64,000 nt of DNA from a candidate division FCPU426 bacterium (GCA_963840035.1 CAWIXE010000003.1:128001-192000), one strand, 5' to 3'; shown: positions 38,592 to 48,687, counted from the stretch's first letter. Program-made: numbers and translations. The notes: generated from the letters alone by a model not told the origin.

Positions 38592-39701
38592 ATGGCAAAG
38601 TTTTACTTTGTTTTATTAGCCATTTTGTTGTCTGTAGTACCCAATGCAGCGGCAAAAGACACATATTATATCGGCTTTTTGGGAAACACGAATAACGCGA
38701 ATTCAAATGTCCTTTTTAACACACTTCAGCTTGCTTCCGACGATTTTAACTCCACCAATACCGCTTACACTGTAACCCCTGAATTTTTTAATGAAACAGA
38801 CCCTTCAGTTGCCGACTCCATAAAAAACAAAGGAAACCTGCTGGCCGTCATCGGAGTATTTAACGCTGACAATAAAAGCATCCTTGAAAATGTGCAGGAA
38901 GTGCCGCTTATTTCCGTGGCTTCGGAGTTTGACGGGCTTAATGAGGCAAAGAGGGCCAATGTTTTCAGGATAGCGGCCTCTGACAGGGATTTAGCGGCGG
39001 CTACAGCAAGGTTCCTCATATCGGTCTCCCAGAAAAATAGGTTTGCCATTGTTTATTCGCTGGAAAGCGACGAGTATAAAAATATGGGATATGCTTTTCA
39101 GGCAGCAGCGGAAAAGAACCGCGGCAGGGCTGACTATTTTAAGGAAGCCGACCCTGACAGGAAGGATTTTGAGGCAATATTACTCAGACTCCGCGATATA
39201 AAGGTAAAGAACATATATTTCGCCGGGCCGGCATGGCAGGCTGCGTTGCTTGCGAAGCAGTCAAGCGAGATGAACGTTGGAGCTGATTTTTCTTCCACGA
39301 ACCGTATATGCACCTCGGCATTCATAAAAACCTCAAAGGCCGGCGGGCAGGGGGCGGTTTTTGCAAGCATCGCGCCGTCGTCGCTTTACGGCGTAAAAAA
39401 GGCCCGGCCGTTCATGAAAAGATACCTCGCGAAATACCAGGGCGACGACATGCACATGCCCTATGTCATGGACGCGGCCGGCATGGTATTCTCGGCGCTG
39501 GCTGCTGAAAAGAAATCAAAGAGCGACCTTGTGGCTTATCTGCACTCACAGACATACGACGGCGTAACCGGCGGCATAAGTTTTAATGAAAAAGGCGACA
39601 GGCCTGGCGCGCCGGTTTATTTTTACATAATAAGAGGCAAGGAATTCCTCCAGAGGAATTTGCGCGGGGCTGAAGCCTCCGCGTACGCACGGATGAAATA
39701 A
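38592..39701 (+). CDS. Branched-chain amino acid type periplasmic binding protein (LivK-like)
   Basis: Signal peptide, NVFRIAASD, DFEAIL, YDGVTGGISFNEKGDR; TTGACT-16 nt-TATAAT promoter at 38524-38551. Confidence 0.82.
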   Translation: MAKFYFVLLAILLSVVPNAAAKDTYYIGFLGNTNNANSNVLFNTLQLASDDFNSTNTAYTVTPEFFNETDPSVADSIKNKGNLLAVIGVFNADNKSILENVQEVPLISVASEFDGLNEAKRANVFRIAASDRDLAAATARFLISVSQKNRFAIVYSLESDEYKNMGYAFQAAAEKNRGRADYFKEADPDRKDFEAILLRLRDIKVKNIYFAGPAWQAALLAKQSSEMNVGADFSSTNRICTSAFIKTSKAGGQGAVFASIAPSSLYGVKKARPFMKRYLAKYQGDDMHMPYVMDAAGMVFSALAAEKKSKSDLVAYLHSQTYDGVTGGISFNEKGDRPGAPVYFYIIRGKEFLQRNLRGAEASAYARMK

Positions 39702-39757
39702 TAATTACAAATTACTAATTACCAATTACAAATAAATGGAATAAGACGGGAGTTGTA

Positions 39758-41446
39758 ATGGCGAAACGGCTCGGAGACCTGCTGCTTGAGGAGAACTTAG
39801 TCACTCAGGAGCAGATACAAAAGGCCATAGAGGACCAGCAGAAGTCCGGGGAACCCCTCGGAAGAATTCTGGTCAGGATGAACATAATCACCGAAGAAGC
39901 CTTATATTATTTCCTTGCAATACAGTTCGGCACCGAATACGTTGACATCATGGGCAAGGATATCAAACCCGAAACAATAGGACTCATAAAGAAAGAACTC
40001 GCCGAAGAATTTAACATCATGCCTTTTGAAGAAACCGACAAACATATAATTTTTGTTACTTCCGAGCCTGACGACCATCTCGTCAATAAGATCCGTGACA
40101 GGGCGGCGCTGCCGGGCAAGGAAATAAAGTTTGTCATTACATCCGAATCAAACATGAAAACCGCGCTTGCGCAGTATTACGGCACATCAGAAAAAGCGGA
40201 AATGGATGACATATTTAAACAGGACAAGGATCAGGACTCGGATGAAGGCCCGGGTTCGGACGACAACAGCATAACCGAGGATTCCGCGCCGGTTATCAAG
40301 CTTGTAAACGCCATCATAAGCGAAGCGGTCAAGGTGAAAGCCTCGGATATTCACCTTAACCCGGTGCAAAAAGGCATAGTTGTCCGTTACAGGATGGACG
40401 GTATCCTGCAGAAACAGCCGCTTCCGCCGAAGCATTATAAAAACGCGATAGTTTCCAGGATTAAGGTCATGGCAAAGATGGACATCATGGAAAAACGCGC
40501 CGCGCAGGACGGGCGCATAAAGATAAAGGTGCAGAACAAGGTCATAGACCTCCGTGTATCTGTGCTGCCCACCATATATGGCGAGAATGTGGTTATGCGT
40601 ATTTTGGACCAGGGAAACCTCATGCTTGACCTGACCAAGCTCGGGTTTGAGCAAAAAGAGCTCGACCTTTACCTGGATACCATCACGCTGCCTTATGGAA
40701 TGATACTGCACACGGGACCGACCGGTTCCGGAAAAACAACAACGCTGTACTCCGCGCTGGCAAAGGTGACGGACGTAAAGAAAAATATAATAACGCTTGA
40801 AGACCCGGTCGAATACCAGCTGCCGGGCATAGTTCAGGTCCAGATGAACTCCGAAATAGGCCTTACATTCGCGGCCGCGCTGCGCTCATGCCTCAGGCAG
40901 GACCCGAACATCATGATGGTCGGTGAAATCCGCGACGCTGAGACCGCGGGCATTGCCGTCGAAGCGGCGCTCACAGGCCATCTGCTTTTTTCCACCCTTC
41001 ACACAAATGACTCGCCTTCCACCATTATGAGGCTCATTGACATGGGAGTCGACCCTGTTTACGTGGGTTCGGCCCTGAAATTATGCATCGCGCAGAGGCT
41101 CATGAGAAGGATATGCTTAAACTGCAAAAAACCATATGTCCCGACCGACGATGAACTGCACCGGATACTTGTTTCGCGCAAGGACATAGAGGGTAAAATG
41201 ATATCAAAAGGCGAAGGCTGCGCCAAATGCGGCAACACCGGTTACAAGGGCAGGATAGCCATATATGAGATAATGTCCATGACACAGAAATTGGCGGACC
41301 TCGTATTCGCCAAGGCGGATTTAAACGCCATAACGGCACAGGCGCAGGCGGACGGCATGAGGACGCTGCGCCAGATAGCGCTTGAAAAATGGAGAGACGG
41401 AATGACTTCGCTGGAAGAAGTAATAATGGCAACAACCGGAGAATAA
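39758..41446 (+). CDS. pilB: Type IV pilus/T2SS extension ATPase (PilB/GspE), copy 1
   Basis: MshEN-like [35 protein letters not shown], tetracysteine motif. Confidence 0.9.
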   Translation: MAKRLGDLLLEENLVTQEQIQKAIEDQQKSGEPLGRILVRMNIITEEALYYFLAIQFGTEYVDIMGKDIKPETIGLIKKELAEEFNIMPFEETDKHIIFVTSEPDDHLVNKIRDRAALPGKEIKFVITSESNMKTALAQYYGTSEKAEMDDIFKQDKDQDSDEGPGSDDNSITEDSAPVIKLVNAIISEAVKVKASDIHLNPVQKGIVVRYRMDGILQKQPLPPKHYKNAIVSRIKVMAKMDIMEKRAAQDGRIKIKVQNKVIDLRVSVLPTIYGENVVMRILDQGNLMLDLTKLGFEQKELDLYLDTITLPYGMILHTGPTGSGKTTTLYSALAKVTDVKKNIITLEDPVEYQLPGIVQVQMNSEIGLTFAAALRSCLRQDPNIMMVGEIRDAETAGIAVEAALTGHLLFSTLHTNDSPSTIMRLIDMGVDPVYVGSALKLCIAQRLMRRICLNCKKPYVPTDDELHRILVSRKDIEGKMISKGEGCAKCGNTGYKGRIAIYEIMSMTQKLADLVFAKADLNAITAQAQADGMRTLRQIALEKWRDGMTSLEEVIMATTGE

Positions 41447-41449
41447 TGG

Positions 41450-43225
41450 ATGAATGACTCAAAAAAACTCGGGGAGATTCTGCTGGAAGAAGGCATGATC
41501 ACCGAGGAACAGCTTGAAAAGGCCATAGCCGAACAGTTAAAGTCATATGACTCCCTCGGGGTCATACTGATAAAGCTCGGTTTCATAACAGAGGATGTGC
41601 TTTACCACTTCCTTGCCATGCAGTACAGCGTGAAGTTTGTCGATGTCGGCATACTTTCGCTTGATGAGGATACGATTAAAACCATATCCGGCGATACGGC
41701 AAGAAAATACAACATCATCCCAATTGAAAAAAAACCCGGAAAAATAATATTTGCCACAACCAACCTGGAAAACCCGGCCTTGCAGGTCAGCCTGAAATAT
41801 GACGTTCCTGATTCAAAGGACCATGATTTCAGCTACGTTTTAACCACTCAGGTTGCGCTTAATGAAACGATTGAAAAGTACTACCCGATAGACAGCGTGG
41901 TCAATGAGGCTTTAAAAGCAATCGAAGGGTCGAGCGAAAATTTAGAAATAGAAATTATGGAGGATAAGAAAGCCAAGGATGACGAAGCCGAAGAGGGCGA
42001 CATAGAGGGCGCCGGTTCGCCGGTGGTGCGTTTTGTCAACCTGATGATAGAAGAAGCTGTGAAAAAGAAAGCCTCGGATATACATGTTAATTTTTATGAA
42101 AAAAAGATAGTGCTGCGCTACAGGATAGACGGCTCACTTGTTGAGATGCCGCCGCCGCCTGTAATGTATAAAAGGGCGCTTATATCCAGGATGAAGCTGA
42201 TATCAGGGCTTAATATCATCGAAAGAAGGATGCCGCAGGACGGAAGGATACATTATAAACTTCCCGGCAATGACAATAAAGTAATAGACCTCCGAGTTTC
42301 CACACTGCCTTCAATATGGGGGGAAAACATAGTAATGAGGCTTTTATATTCAGAGTCACAGAACCTTGACCTGGCAAAACTCGGGCTTTCCGAAAAACAG
42401 CTCGCAATCATAGACCACGCGCTGGCCGCGCCGTATGGCATGGTCCTTATAACAGGTCCTACAGGCTCGGGTAAATCAACCACGCTGTATTCCATGATAT
42501 CCAGGATAAATAACCCGGACACGAATATCATGACCGCGGAAGACCCCGTCGAGTACAGGCTTCCGCATCTTATACAGGTGCAGATAAACCCTGTAGCAGG
42601 GTTGACATTCCCGAACGTACTCCGGTCTTTCTTAAGGCAGGACCCCGACATCATACTTGTTGGAGAAATCCGCGACGGTGAGACGGCTTCCATAGCCGTC
42701 AAATCAGCTTTGACAGGCCACCTTGTGCTCTCCACGCTCCATACAAACGACGCGCCTTCCACCATAATCAGGCTCGTGGATATGGGAATAGACCCCATAT
42801 ATGTAGGTTCGTCGGTTGTCATGGTCATCGCGCAGAAACTTGTCAGAAAAATATGCTCGCAGTGCAGCGAACCGATAAAAGAAATTGACCTGGTGAAGGC
42901 AAAAAAAGGCGGAATACCGGTGGAGCTGCTTGAGGGAGGGACGTTCTTTGAAGGCAAGGGATGCCCGACCTGCAACTACACGGGCTATAAAGGAAGGATG
43001 GCAGCTTACGAGATAATGCCGATAAATACCGCCATCCGTGATATCATATTCAAGCACGGCACATTAAACGACGTAAAAAGGGCGGCCTGGGAACAGGGTT
43101 TAACCACCATCAGGGAATCCGCCATCCGCATATTAAAGGAAGGTAAGACAACGCTTGAAGAAGTGCTTGCGGAAACACTGCAGGATAAGCCGCTGAAGGA
43201 TTTTTTAGACAGGATAAAGTTATAA
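41450..43225 (+). CDS. pilB: Type IV pilus/T2SS extension ATPase (PilB/GspE), copy 2
   Basis: KLGEILLEEG, GPTGSGKS, EDPVE, LRQDP, GEIRD, tetracysteine motif. Confidence 0.9.
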   Translation: MNDSKKLGEILLEEGMITEEQLEKAIAEQLKSYDSLGVILIKLGFITEDVLYHFLAMQYSVKFVDVGILSLDEDTIKTISGDTARKYNIIPIEKKPGKIIFATTNLENPALQVSLKYDVPDSKDHDFSYVLTTQVALNETIEKYYPIDSVVNEALKAIEGSSENLEIEIMEDKKAKDDEAEEGDIEGAGSPVVRFVNLMIEEAVKKKASDIHVNFYEKKIVLRYRIDGSLVEMPPPPVMYKRALISRMKLISGLNIIERRMPQDGRIHYKLPGNDNKVIDLRVSTLPSIWGENIVMRLLYSESQNLDLAKLGLSEKQLAIIDHALAAPYGMVLITGPTGSGKSTTLYSMISRINNPDTNIMTAEDPVEYRLPHLIQVQINPVAGLTFPNVLRSFLRQDPDIILVGEIRDGETASIAVKSALTGHLVLSTLHTNDAPSTIIRLVDMGIDPIYVGSSVVMVIAQKLVRKICSQCSEPIKEIDLVKAKKGGIPVELLEGGTFFEGKGCPTCNYTGYKGRMAAYEIMPINTAIRDIIFKHGTLNDVKRAAWEQGLTTIRESAIRILKEGKTTLEEVLAETLQDKPLKDFLDRIKL

Positions 43226-43321
43226 CCTTAAATGTAAAGCAATATAAAATACCTGCCGCCGGTTACGGGCGGTTTTTGATGATTAAATATATACAAAAAA
43301 ACATATGAACAGGAGAAGAAG

Positions 43322-44530
43322 ATGACACAGGAAAAGGAAGATTTATTCAAGGAAGCAAAGAGTTTTTTCCAGGTTTTTGAGCCCAAGGGCGAAATAATAA
43401 GCGGGGTAAAAGTGCCCGGCAGCGTCCAGATAATAGGCGAGGTTTTTGAGCAGAATAAAGGTTCCATCATCGCAGGAAATTTAAATAAAAGCGCATACCT
43501 TATGGCGCAAAAACGGAAAGAGGGCGACAGGTCGCTGAACTTTTATTCCCAGAGGTATGATGAAAAGATCAGGCTTTCATTGAACGCGCCGGAGCGCAGG
43601 GACGAAAGCGGCTGGGCTTATTTTATGGCGAGCACGTTTTTTATGCTGGAAGGGGTATCGAAAAAAGTCGTGGGCATGAACATATACATAGACAACCGCA
43701 TTCCCGACTTTTTTAACGCGAATTCCATGGAGGCCCTTGAAGCGGGCGCCGCGAATATCGCCATGAAATTCTCCGACTGGAACATGGACGGGGTGGAGAT
43801 AGCGAAAATATGCGCCGAAGGCGAGAAGAAATTTATGAGCAAGGAAAGCCACTTTGTAAAATATATCCCCATGCTGGTAGGCGAAAAAGGCACGGTTACG
43901 TTCTTTGACGTGGCCGCAGGCACGAACGAGAATGTCAAGGCTGATTTTGGCGGGCTGACGTTCATGGTGATGAGCTCTGGGTTAAAGAAGAAGAACACCG
44001 AAGAAAAACGCAGGAAAGTATTCCAGGAAGTGGCCGGGGCCATAGACATAATGAGGAAAAACGGCGGAAACATAGATTCGCTGGACCAGCTGACCATGGA
44101 AAAGTTCGACAATTTCAGGCCAAAGCTTTCGCTTGAGCAGAAAAAACGCTGCGCATTTTTTATATCGGAAAATGACAGGGCAAAAGCGGGTAAAGCCGCG
44201 CTGGCTAAAGGCGACATAAAGGCTTTTGTTGAGATAATAAACGAATCACAGAACAGCATAAAGACCCGCCTTGAGCTCGTCCTGGAAGAAAATGAGATTC
44301 TGGTGGATATGATTATGGATACGGAAGGCGTGAAAGCAGCCAGGATGCTGAACATGGGCACAGACGGTTCCGTGCTCGTGGTGGTTGAAAAGGACAAAAA
44401 AGCCGCCGCCGAATCAAAGATCAAGAAGACATTCATAAACAGGACAGGGCTTGAGCTTACAACAGAGATAATTAATCCGGAAAACGAGATCGAGGAATAC
44501 TCGATCGACGTCTCGGATTTTAAGAAGTGA
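43322..44530 (+). CDS. Galactokinase-fold (GHMP) protein with degenerate catalytic motifs
   Basis: VPGSVQIIGE, GWAY, ENDRA, ESQNS and ARM match the GalK layout, but catalytic residues are replaced. Confidence 0.78.
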   Translation: MTQEKEDLFKEAKSFFQVFEPKGEIISGVKVPGSVQIIGEVFEQNKGSIIAGNLNKSAYLMAQKRKEGDRSLNFYSQRYDEKIRLSLNAPERRDESGWAYFMASTFFMLEGVSKKVVGMNIYIDNRIPDFFNANSMEALEAGAANIAMKFSDWNMDGVEIAKICAEGEKKFMSKESHFVKYIPMLVGEKGTVTFFDVAAGTNENVKADFGGLTFMVMSSGLKKKNTEEKRRKVFQEVAGAIDIMRKNGGNIDSLDQLTMEKFDNFRPKLSLEQKKRCAFFISENDRAKAGKAALAKGDIKAFVEIINESQNSIKTRLELVLEENEILVDMIMDTEGVKAARMLNMGTDGSVLVVVEKDKKAAAESKIKKTFINRTGLELTTEIINPENEIEEYSIDVSDFKK

Positions 44531-44531
44531 G

Positions 44532-45803
44532 ATGAAGATAAGTTTTCTCACCTACGGGTGCAAGGTAAACCAGTACGAGACCGAGCTGATCAGGCAGATG
44601 TTTTTAAAGACCGGCGGATTTACCGAGGCCGCTTCCGTTGACGAAGCTGAGGTGTGCCTGGTAAATACCTGCACCGTGACAGGCAAGATTGACACGGAAA
44701 TAAACCGCAGGTTAAGGCAGCTCAAGGAAAAACCGGGCAGAAAAGTCATCTTAACCGGCTGCCTGGTGGAACGCAAAGACCTTGATAAAACAGGCCTTGC
44801 CGCGGACTGGATAATCCCTAACAGCGACAAATTTAATCTGTCCGGATACCCGCCTGAAATAATCAGTTCGCCGACTGCCGCATATGAGTCCGTCCTTGAA
44901 GGCTTTTCCGGAAGGAATAAGTCTTTTGTAAAAGTTGAGGACGGCTGCGACAGGTTTTGCGCGTACTGCACTGTGCCGCTTGTCAGGGGTTCTAAAATAA
45001 AATCCAGGGATTCCGCGGAGATAATAAAAGAGATAGAAAAACTTACTGCCGCCGGGTTTAAGGAACATATCTTAACGGGCGTAAACCTCGGCCTTTTCGG
45101 AAAGGATTTATCCGAAAAAAACGCGCTTTACAGCCTTCTTGAAACGATCGTAAAACTGCCGGGAAAATTCCGCGTGCGTTTAAGTTCCATCAGCCCGTAT
45201 GACCTTGACGACAGTGTCATAGACTTAACAGCCGCAAATCCCGAAAGGATATGCCCGCACTTCCACCTGTCCATGCAGAGCGGCGACGACGCCGTCTTAA
45301 AAAGGATGAACAGGAATTATGATACCGCCTTTTACCGCAAGAAAGTAGCATACATAACGGACAGGATTAAGTTCCCGGGAATTACCACGGATGTCATAGC
45401 CGGATTTCCCGGTGAGACCGATAAGGAATTTACAAACACCCATGAATTTATAAAATCGCTGCCTTTTTCCAGGCTGCATGTATTCCCTTATTCGGACAGG
45501 CCCGGAACCAAGGCCACAGCCATGAAGGATAAAATAAGCGACGAGACGAAAAAAGCAAGGGTCAAAAAACTCATAGAAACCGCGAAGGAGAAAGAACTTG
45601 GCTTCGCTCAGGCCCAGGTGGGTATGCCGCTTAAGGCGCTTATTGAAGAAACGGAAAAAAAGGGATGGCTTTTTGGATACACACAGAACTATATAAGGGT
45701 GGCCATAAAAGACAGATCCAAAGCGCGTAAGATGATAAATGACATGGCGGATGTAAAAATAGTGAAAGCCGGAAGCGACATGATAACGGCGGAGTTGTTG
45801 TAG
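44532..45803 (+). CDS. mtaB: tRNA t6A37 methylthiotransferase
   Basis: TYGCKVNQYE, NTCTVT, GCDRFCAYC, RLSSI, HVFPYSDRPGT. Confidence 0.92.
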   Translation: MKISFLTYGCKVNQYETELIRQMFLKTGGFTEAASVDEAEVCLVNTCTVTGKIDTEINRRLRQLKEKPGRKVILTGCLVERKDLDKTGLAADWIIPNSDKFNLSGYPPEIISSPTAAYESVLEGFSGRNKSFVKVEDGCDRFCAYCTVPLVRGSKIKSRDSAEIIKEIEKLTAAGFKEHILTGVNLGLFGKDLSEKNALYSLLETIVKLPGKFRVRLSSISPYDLDDSVIDLTAANPERICPHFHLSMQSGDDAVLKRMNRNYDTAFYRKKVAYITDRIKFPGITTDVIAGFPGETDKEFTNTHEFIKSLPFSRLHVFPYSDRPGTKATAMKDKISDETKKARVKKLIETAKEKELGFAQAQVGMPLKALIEETEKKGWLFGYTQNYIRVAIKDRSKARKMINDMADVKIVKAGSDMITAELL

Positions 45804-45891
45804 TTCGGATTATTGCGGCCGGTCAAATGGTTTTGGTAGCCGCAACCTTTAGGTTGCGATAGGCCGGTTGTTGTAATAAGAATTTGTTGTT

Positions 45892-45920
45892 GTAGGGGCG
45901 ATTCATGAATCGCCCCTACG
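45892..45920. repeat. Perfect GTAG REP palindrome
   Basis: gtaggggcgattcatgaatcgcccctac. Confidence 0.85.
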
Positions 45921-45955
45921 AAGGCATTAATAAACTAGTTGTGAGGTGGAACCCG

Positions 45956-46303
45956 ATGAACAGCGATTGCCTTTTCTGCAAAATACTTGACAAAAAGATA
46001 CCCTCAAAGCCTGTTTATGAGGATGAGCTTGTTTACGCTTTTGACGACATAAACCCCCAGGCGCCCATGCATGTGCTTATTGTACCGAAAAAACATATAC
46101 CGACCTTAAATGACGTGATGCCGGAAGACGCGAAATACATATCCGCGATGATGCAGGCCGCGAAGAAGATAGCGAAAGAACGCGGCTGCGATGAAAAAGG
46201 GTACAGGACGGTATTTAACGTAAATAAGGACGCGGGACAGGTGGTTTTTCACCTGCACCTGCATGTAATGGGAGGAAGGCTGTTTGCGTGGCCTCCGGGT
46301 TAA
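45956..46303 (+). CDS. hinT: Histidine triad nucleotide-binding protein
   Basis: DCLFCKI, DINPQAP, HLHLH, WPPG. Confidence 0.95.
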   Translation: MNSDCLFCKILDKKIPSKPVYEDELVYAFDDINPQAPMHVLIVPKKHIPTLNDVMPEDAKYISAMMQAAKKIAKERGCDEKGYRTVFNVNKDAGQVVFHLHLHVMGGRLFAWPPG

Positions 46304-46406
46304 ACTGAAAACTTAAAGCTGAAAACTGAAAGTTGATGCAAAAACAATCAAACAATTCGGTTCGTTTTTGATCCAGCTTTCAGTTTTAAGTTTTAAACTT
46401 TAAGCT
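46302..46406. repeat. Heptamer-periodic inverted repeat (AAACTGA-type)
   Basis: aaactga aaactta aagctga aaactga aagttga ... ccagctt tcagttt taagttt taaactt taagct. Confidence 0.85.
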
Positions 46407-46418
46407 AAAAGGAGTCTT

Positions 46419-47570
46419 ATGACCGTTGTCCCACGTTGTCCCGTGTTCGGTACCTGTGGCGGATGCGCCAGCCAGGATGTGGAATATGAAAAACAGCTAC
46501 AGGCCAAGAAGGATGGAATCATAGATTGCTTTAAAAAAAAGGGTATAGAAATCAGCCCGGCTGTTAATGTTTTTTCAAAGGATGAATATTTCTACCGTAA
46601 CAGGATGGACTTTCCTTTCAGTAAAGACGGTCCCGGACAGCGCATGAAAGCAAGGTTTGATAAATTGGTACATTTTGAAAGGTGTTACCTTTCAAATAAC
46701 GGCATTAACATTGTTTTTGACGAGGTTCAGGCTTGGTTTGACGCTAACAGGGATAAGCTGGATATTTTTGACGTGGTGGAAAGGCAGGGCACCCTGCGGT
46801 ACGCGACCATAAGGGCCGGCTATTATTCCGGCGAAAGTTCTGTTACATTTATCCTTAACAGCAATTCCGGACGGATAGATGAGCAGAAGGCGCTTATAGA
46901 GGCGTTTGCCGCCGGTTCTAAGGTTAAAAACGTGTTGTTAGGTCTTGTAAAATACAACACTGACAGGAGTGCGGTTCCGGACGCGGTTGTCATTAAAGGC
47001 TCAGCTGTAATATCCGAGAAGCTCGGGCCATTTAATTTCAATTTTCATACCCAGGGTTTTTTCCAGTCCAATTCCGCTGTTTTCATGGATATACTCTTTT
47101 TCATAAGGGAGAGGATAAAACTTCCATATGACGTTCTTATAGACCTCTACGGAGGCGCAGGCACTATCGGCATAGCCTTAAGCGACGCAGCAAGGGAAGT
47201 ATATATTGTAGACAATAATAATTTAAATACAGTCTGCGCTGAAAAAAATATCAGGACAAATAGGGTTGAAAATGTTAAAGTATTCGACGCTGACGCGGAA
47301 AAAACTGCCGAACTTGGCATAAATGCCGGGGGAAAGCGGACAATACTTGTGCTGGATCCGCCGAGGAACGGCATACACAGGAAGGTCCACACATACATTA
47401 ATAACATCAAGCCGGAAAAGATATTTTACGTCTCCTGCAATTATAAAAGCCAGGCGGATGATTTAAAGCTGCTTTTAAAAACATATGACCTGAAGGATTT
47501 CGGCATTTTTGACATGTTCCCGCAGACGGGGCACGTGGAGACGGTTGCGGAGTTGGAAATAATAAAATAA
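46419..47570 (+). CDS. RNA (uracil-5)-methyltransferase, RlmD/TrmA family
   Basis: CPVFGTCGGC, FFQSN, DLYGGAG, LDPPR, YVSCN, DMFPQTGHVE. Confidence 0.9.
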   Translation: MTVVPRCPVFGTCGGCASQDVEYEKQLQAKKDGIIDCFKKKGIEISPAVNVFSKDEYFYRNRMDFPFSKDGPGQRMKARFDKLVHFERCYLSNNGINIVFDEVQAWFDANRDKLDIFDVVERQGTLRYATIRAGYYSGESSVTFILNSNSGRIDEQKALIEAFAAGSKVKNVLLGLVKYNTDRSAVPDAVVIKGSAVISEKLGPFNFNFHTQGFFQSNSAVFMDILFFIRERIKLPYDVLIDLYGGAGTIGIALSDAAREVYIVDNNNLNTVCAEKNIRTNRVENVKVFDADAEKTAELGINAGGKRTILVLDPPRNGIHRKVHTYINNIKPEKIFYVSCNYKSQADDLKLLLKTYDLKDFGIFDMFPQTGHVETVAELEIIK

Positions 47571-47573
47571 GGC

Positions 47574-47635
47574 GTTCGGAGTTATGGGTTCGGTGTTCGA
47601 AGTTTTATCAACTTCGAACTTCGAACTCCGAACGC
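47574..47635. repeat. Heptamer-periodic inverted repeat (GTTCGAA-type)
   Basis: gttcgga gttatgg gttcggt gttcgaa gtt ... aac ttcgaac ttcgaac tccgaac. Confidence 0.85.
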
Positions 47636-47651
47636 TATAAAAGGAGAAACT

Positions 47652-48650
47652 ATGGGATTATTAAACAATTGGAAAACGGTATTGGAAACAGGCAACCTCC
47701 CGCCGGGCGCGAAAATGGACTGGCTCAGCAAATGGCTGCTTTTGACCAGGGCGGAAGTGTTTACCATGACAGTGACTTCCGCGCTTGTTGGCGCGATTAT
47801 CGCGCTTGCTGACGGCAAGTATAATATCCTGGATACCATAATAGTGATTGTCGCGCTGTGCCTGGCGCACGCGGCGAACAACCTTATAAATGATTACTTT
47901 GATTTTAAGCAGGGTCTTGATACGCCTGACTATGAGAGGACGCAGTACGCGCCGCACCCGCTGGCGTCAAAAATGATATCGGAGAAAAAACTGCTTGGGG
48001 TTTTCGCGGCCTTCAGTATTATTGAACTGGCTGCGGCTATTTACCTCTTCACCAAAACAGGCTGGCCGGTCATGGCCTTTGCCGTTGCAGGGTTTTTAAT
48101 AAGCGTCTTTTACGTCGCGCCGCCGCTGAAATTCAAGTACCGCGGCCTGGGTGAAATTGCCATATTCCTGATATGGGGGCCGCTAATTACAGTGGGCACC
48201 TATTACGTTATTACGCAAACCATGCCTTTGCACGCGTGGCTGTTATCAATTCCTTACGGGCTTGTGGTCATGAACGTGGTCCTGGGAAAACACCTGGATA
48301 AATACGCGAAGGATAAGGAAAAGGGAGTTAAAACCCTTCCCGTAGTGCTCGGTTGGGAAAATGCCATAATGTTCACAAGGATAAACACGGCAATGTTCTA
48401 TATATCGGTAATTGCCCTGGTATTTTTTAAACTTGTGACGCCCTTTGCCCTCCTGTGCTTTTTTTCTATAGGAAGGTTCAAAAAATTCATGGACATCCTC
48501 TCAACCAAAAAACCCGAAACAAAACCGGAAGGGTTTCTGGAACTGTGGCCGCTGTGGTACGTGGTATGGGCATTCTGGTTCAATAAGCTGGCAGGCGGAT
48601 TGTTTATAGCGGGCCTGGTGCTGGGCTGCATACCGTGGTTAAAGTTCTAA
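47652..48650 (+). CDS. menA: UbiA-family prenyltransferase (MenA-like)
   Basis: NLINDYFDFKQGLD, KYRGLGE, DKEKGVKTLPV; multi-TM. Confidence 0.78.
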   Translation: MGLLNNWKTVLETGNLPPGAKMDWLSKWLLLTRAEVFTMTVTSALVGAIIALADGKYNILDTIIVIVALCLAHAANNLINDYFDFKQGLDTPDYERTQYAPHPLASKMISEKKLLGVFAAFSIIELAAAIYLFTKTGWPVMAFAVAGFLISVFYVAPPLKFKYRGLGEIAIFLIWGPLITVGTYYVITQTMPLHAWLLSIPYGLVVMNVVLGKHLDKYAKDKEKGVKTLPVVLGWENAIMFTRINTAMFYISVIALVFFKLVTPFALLCFFSIGRFKKFMDILSTKKPETKPEGFLELWPLWYVVWAFWFNKLAGGLFIAGLVLGCIPWLKF

Positions 48651-48687
48651 ACAAACGCGATTACCGGCCGGGGACAAAGGCAGTTTC

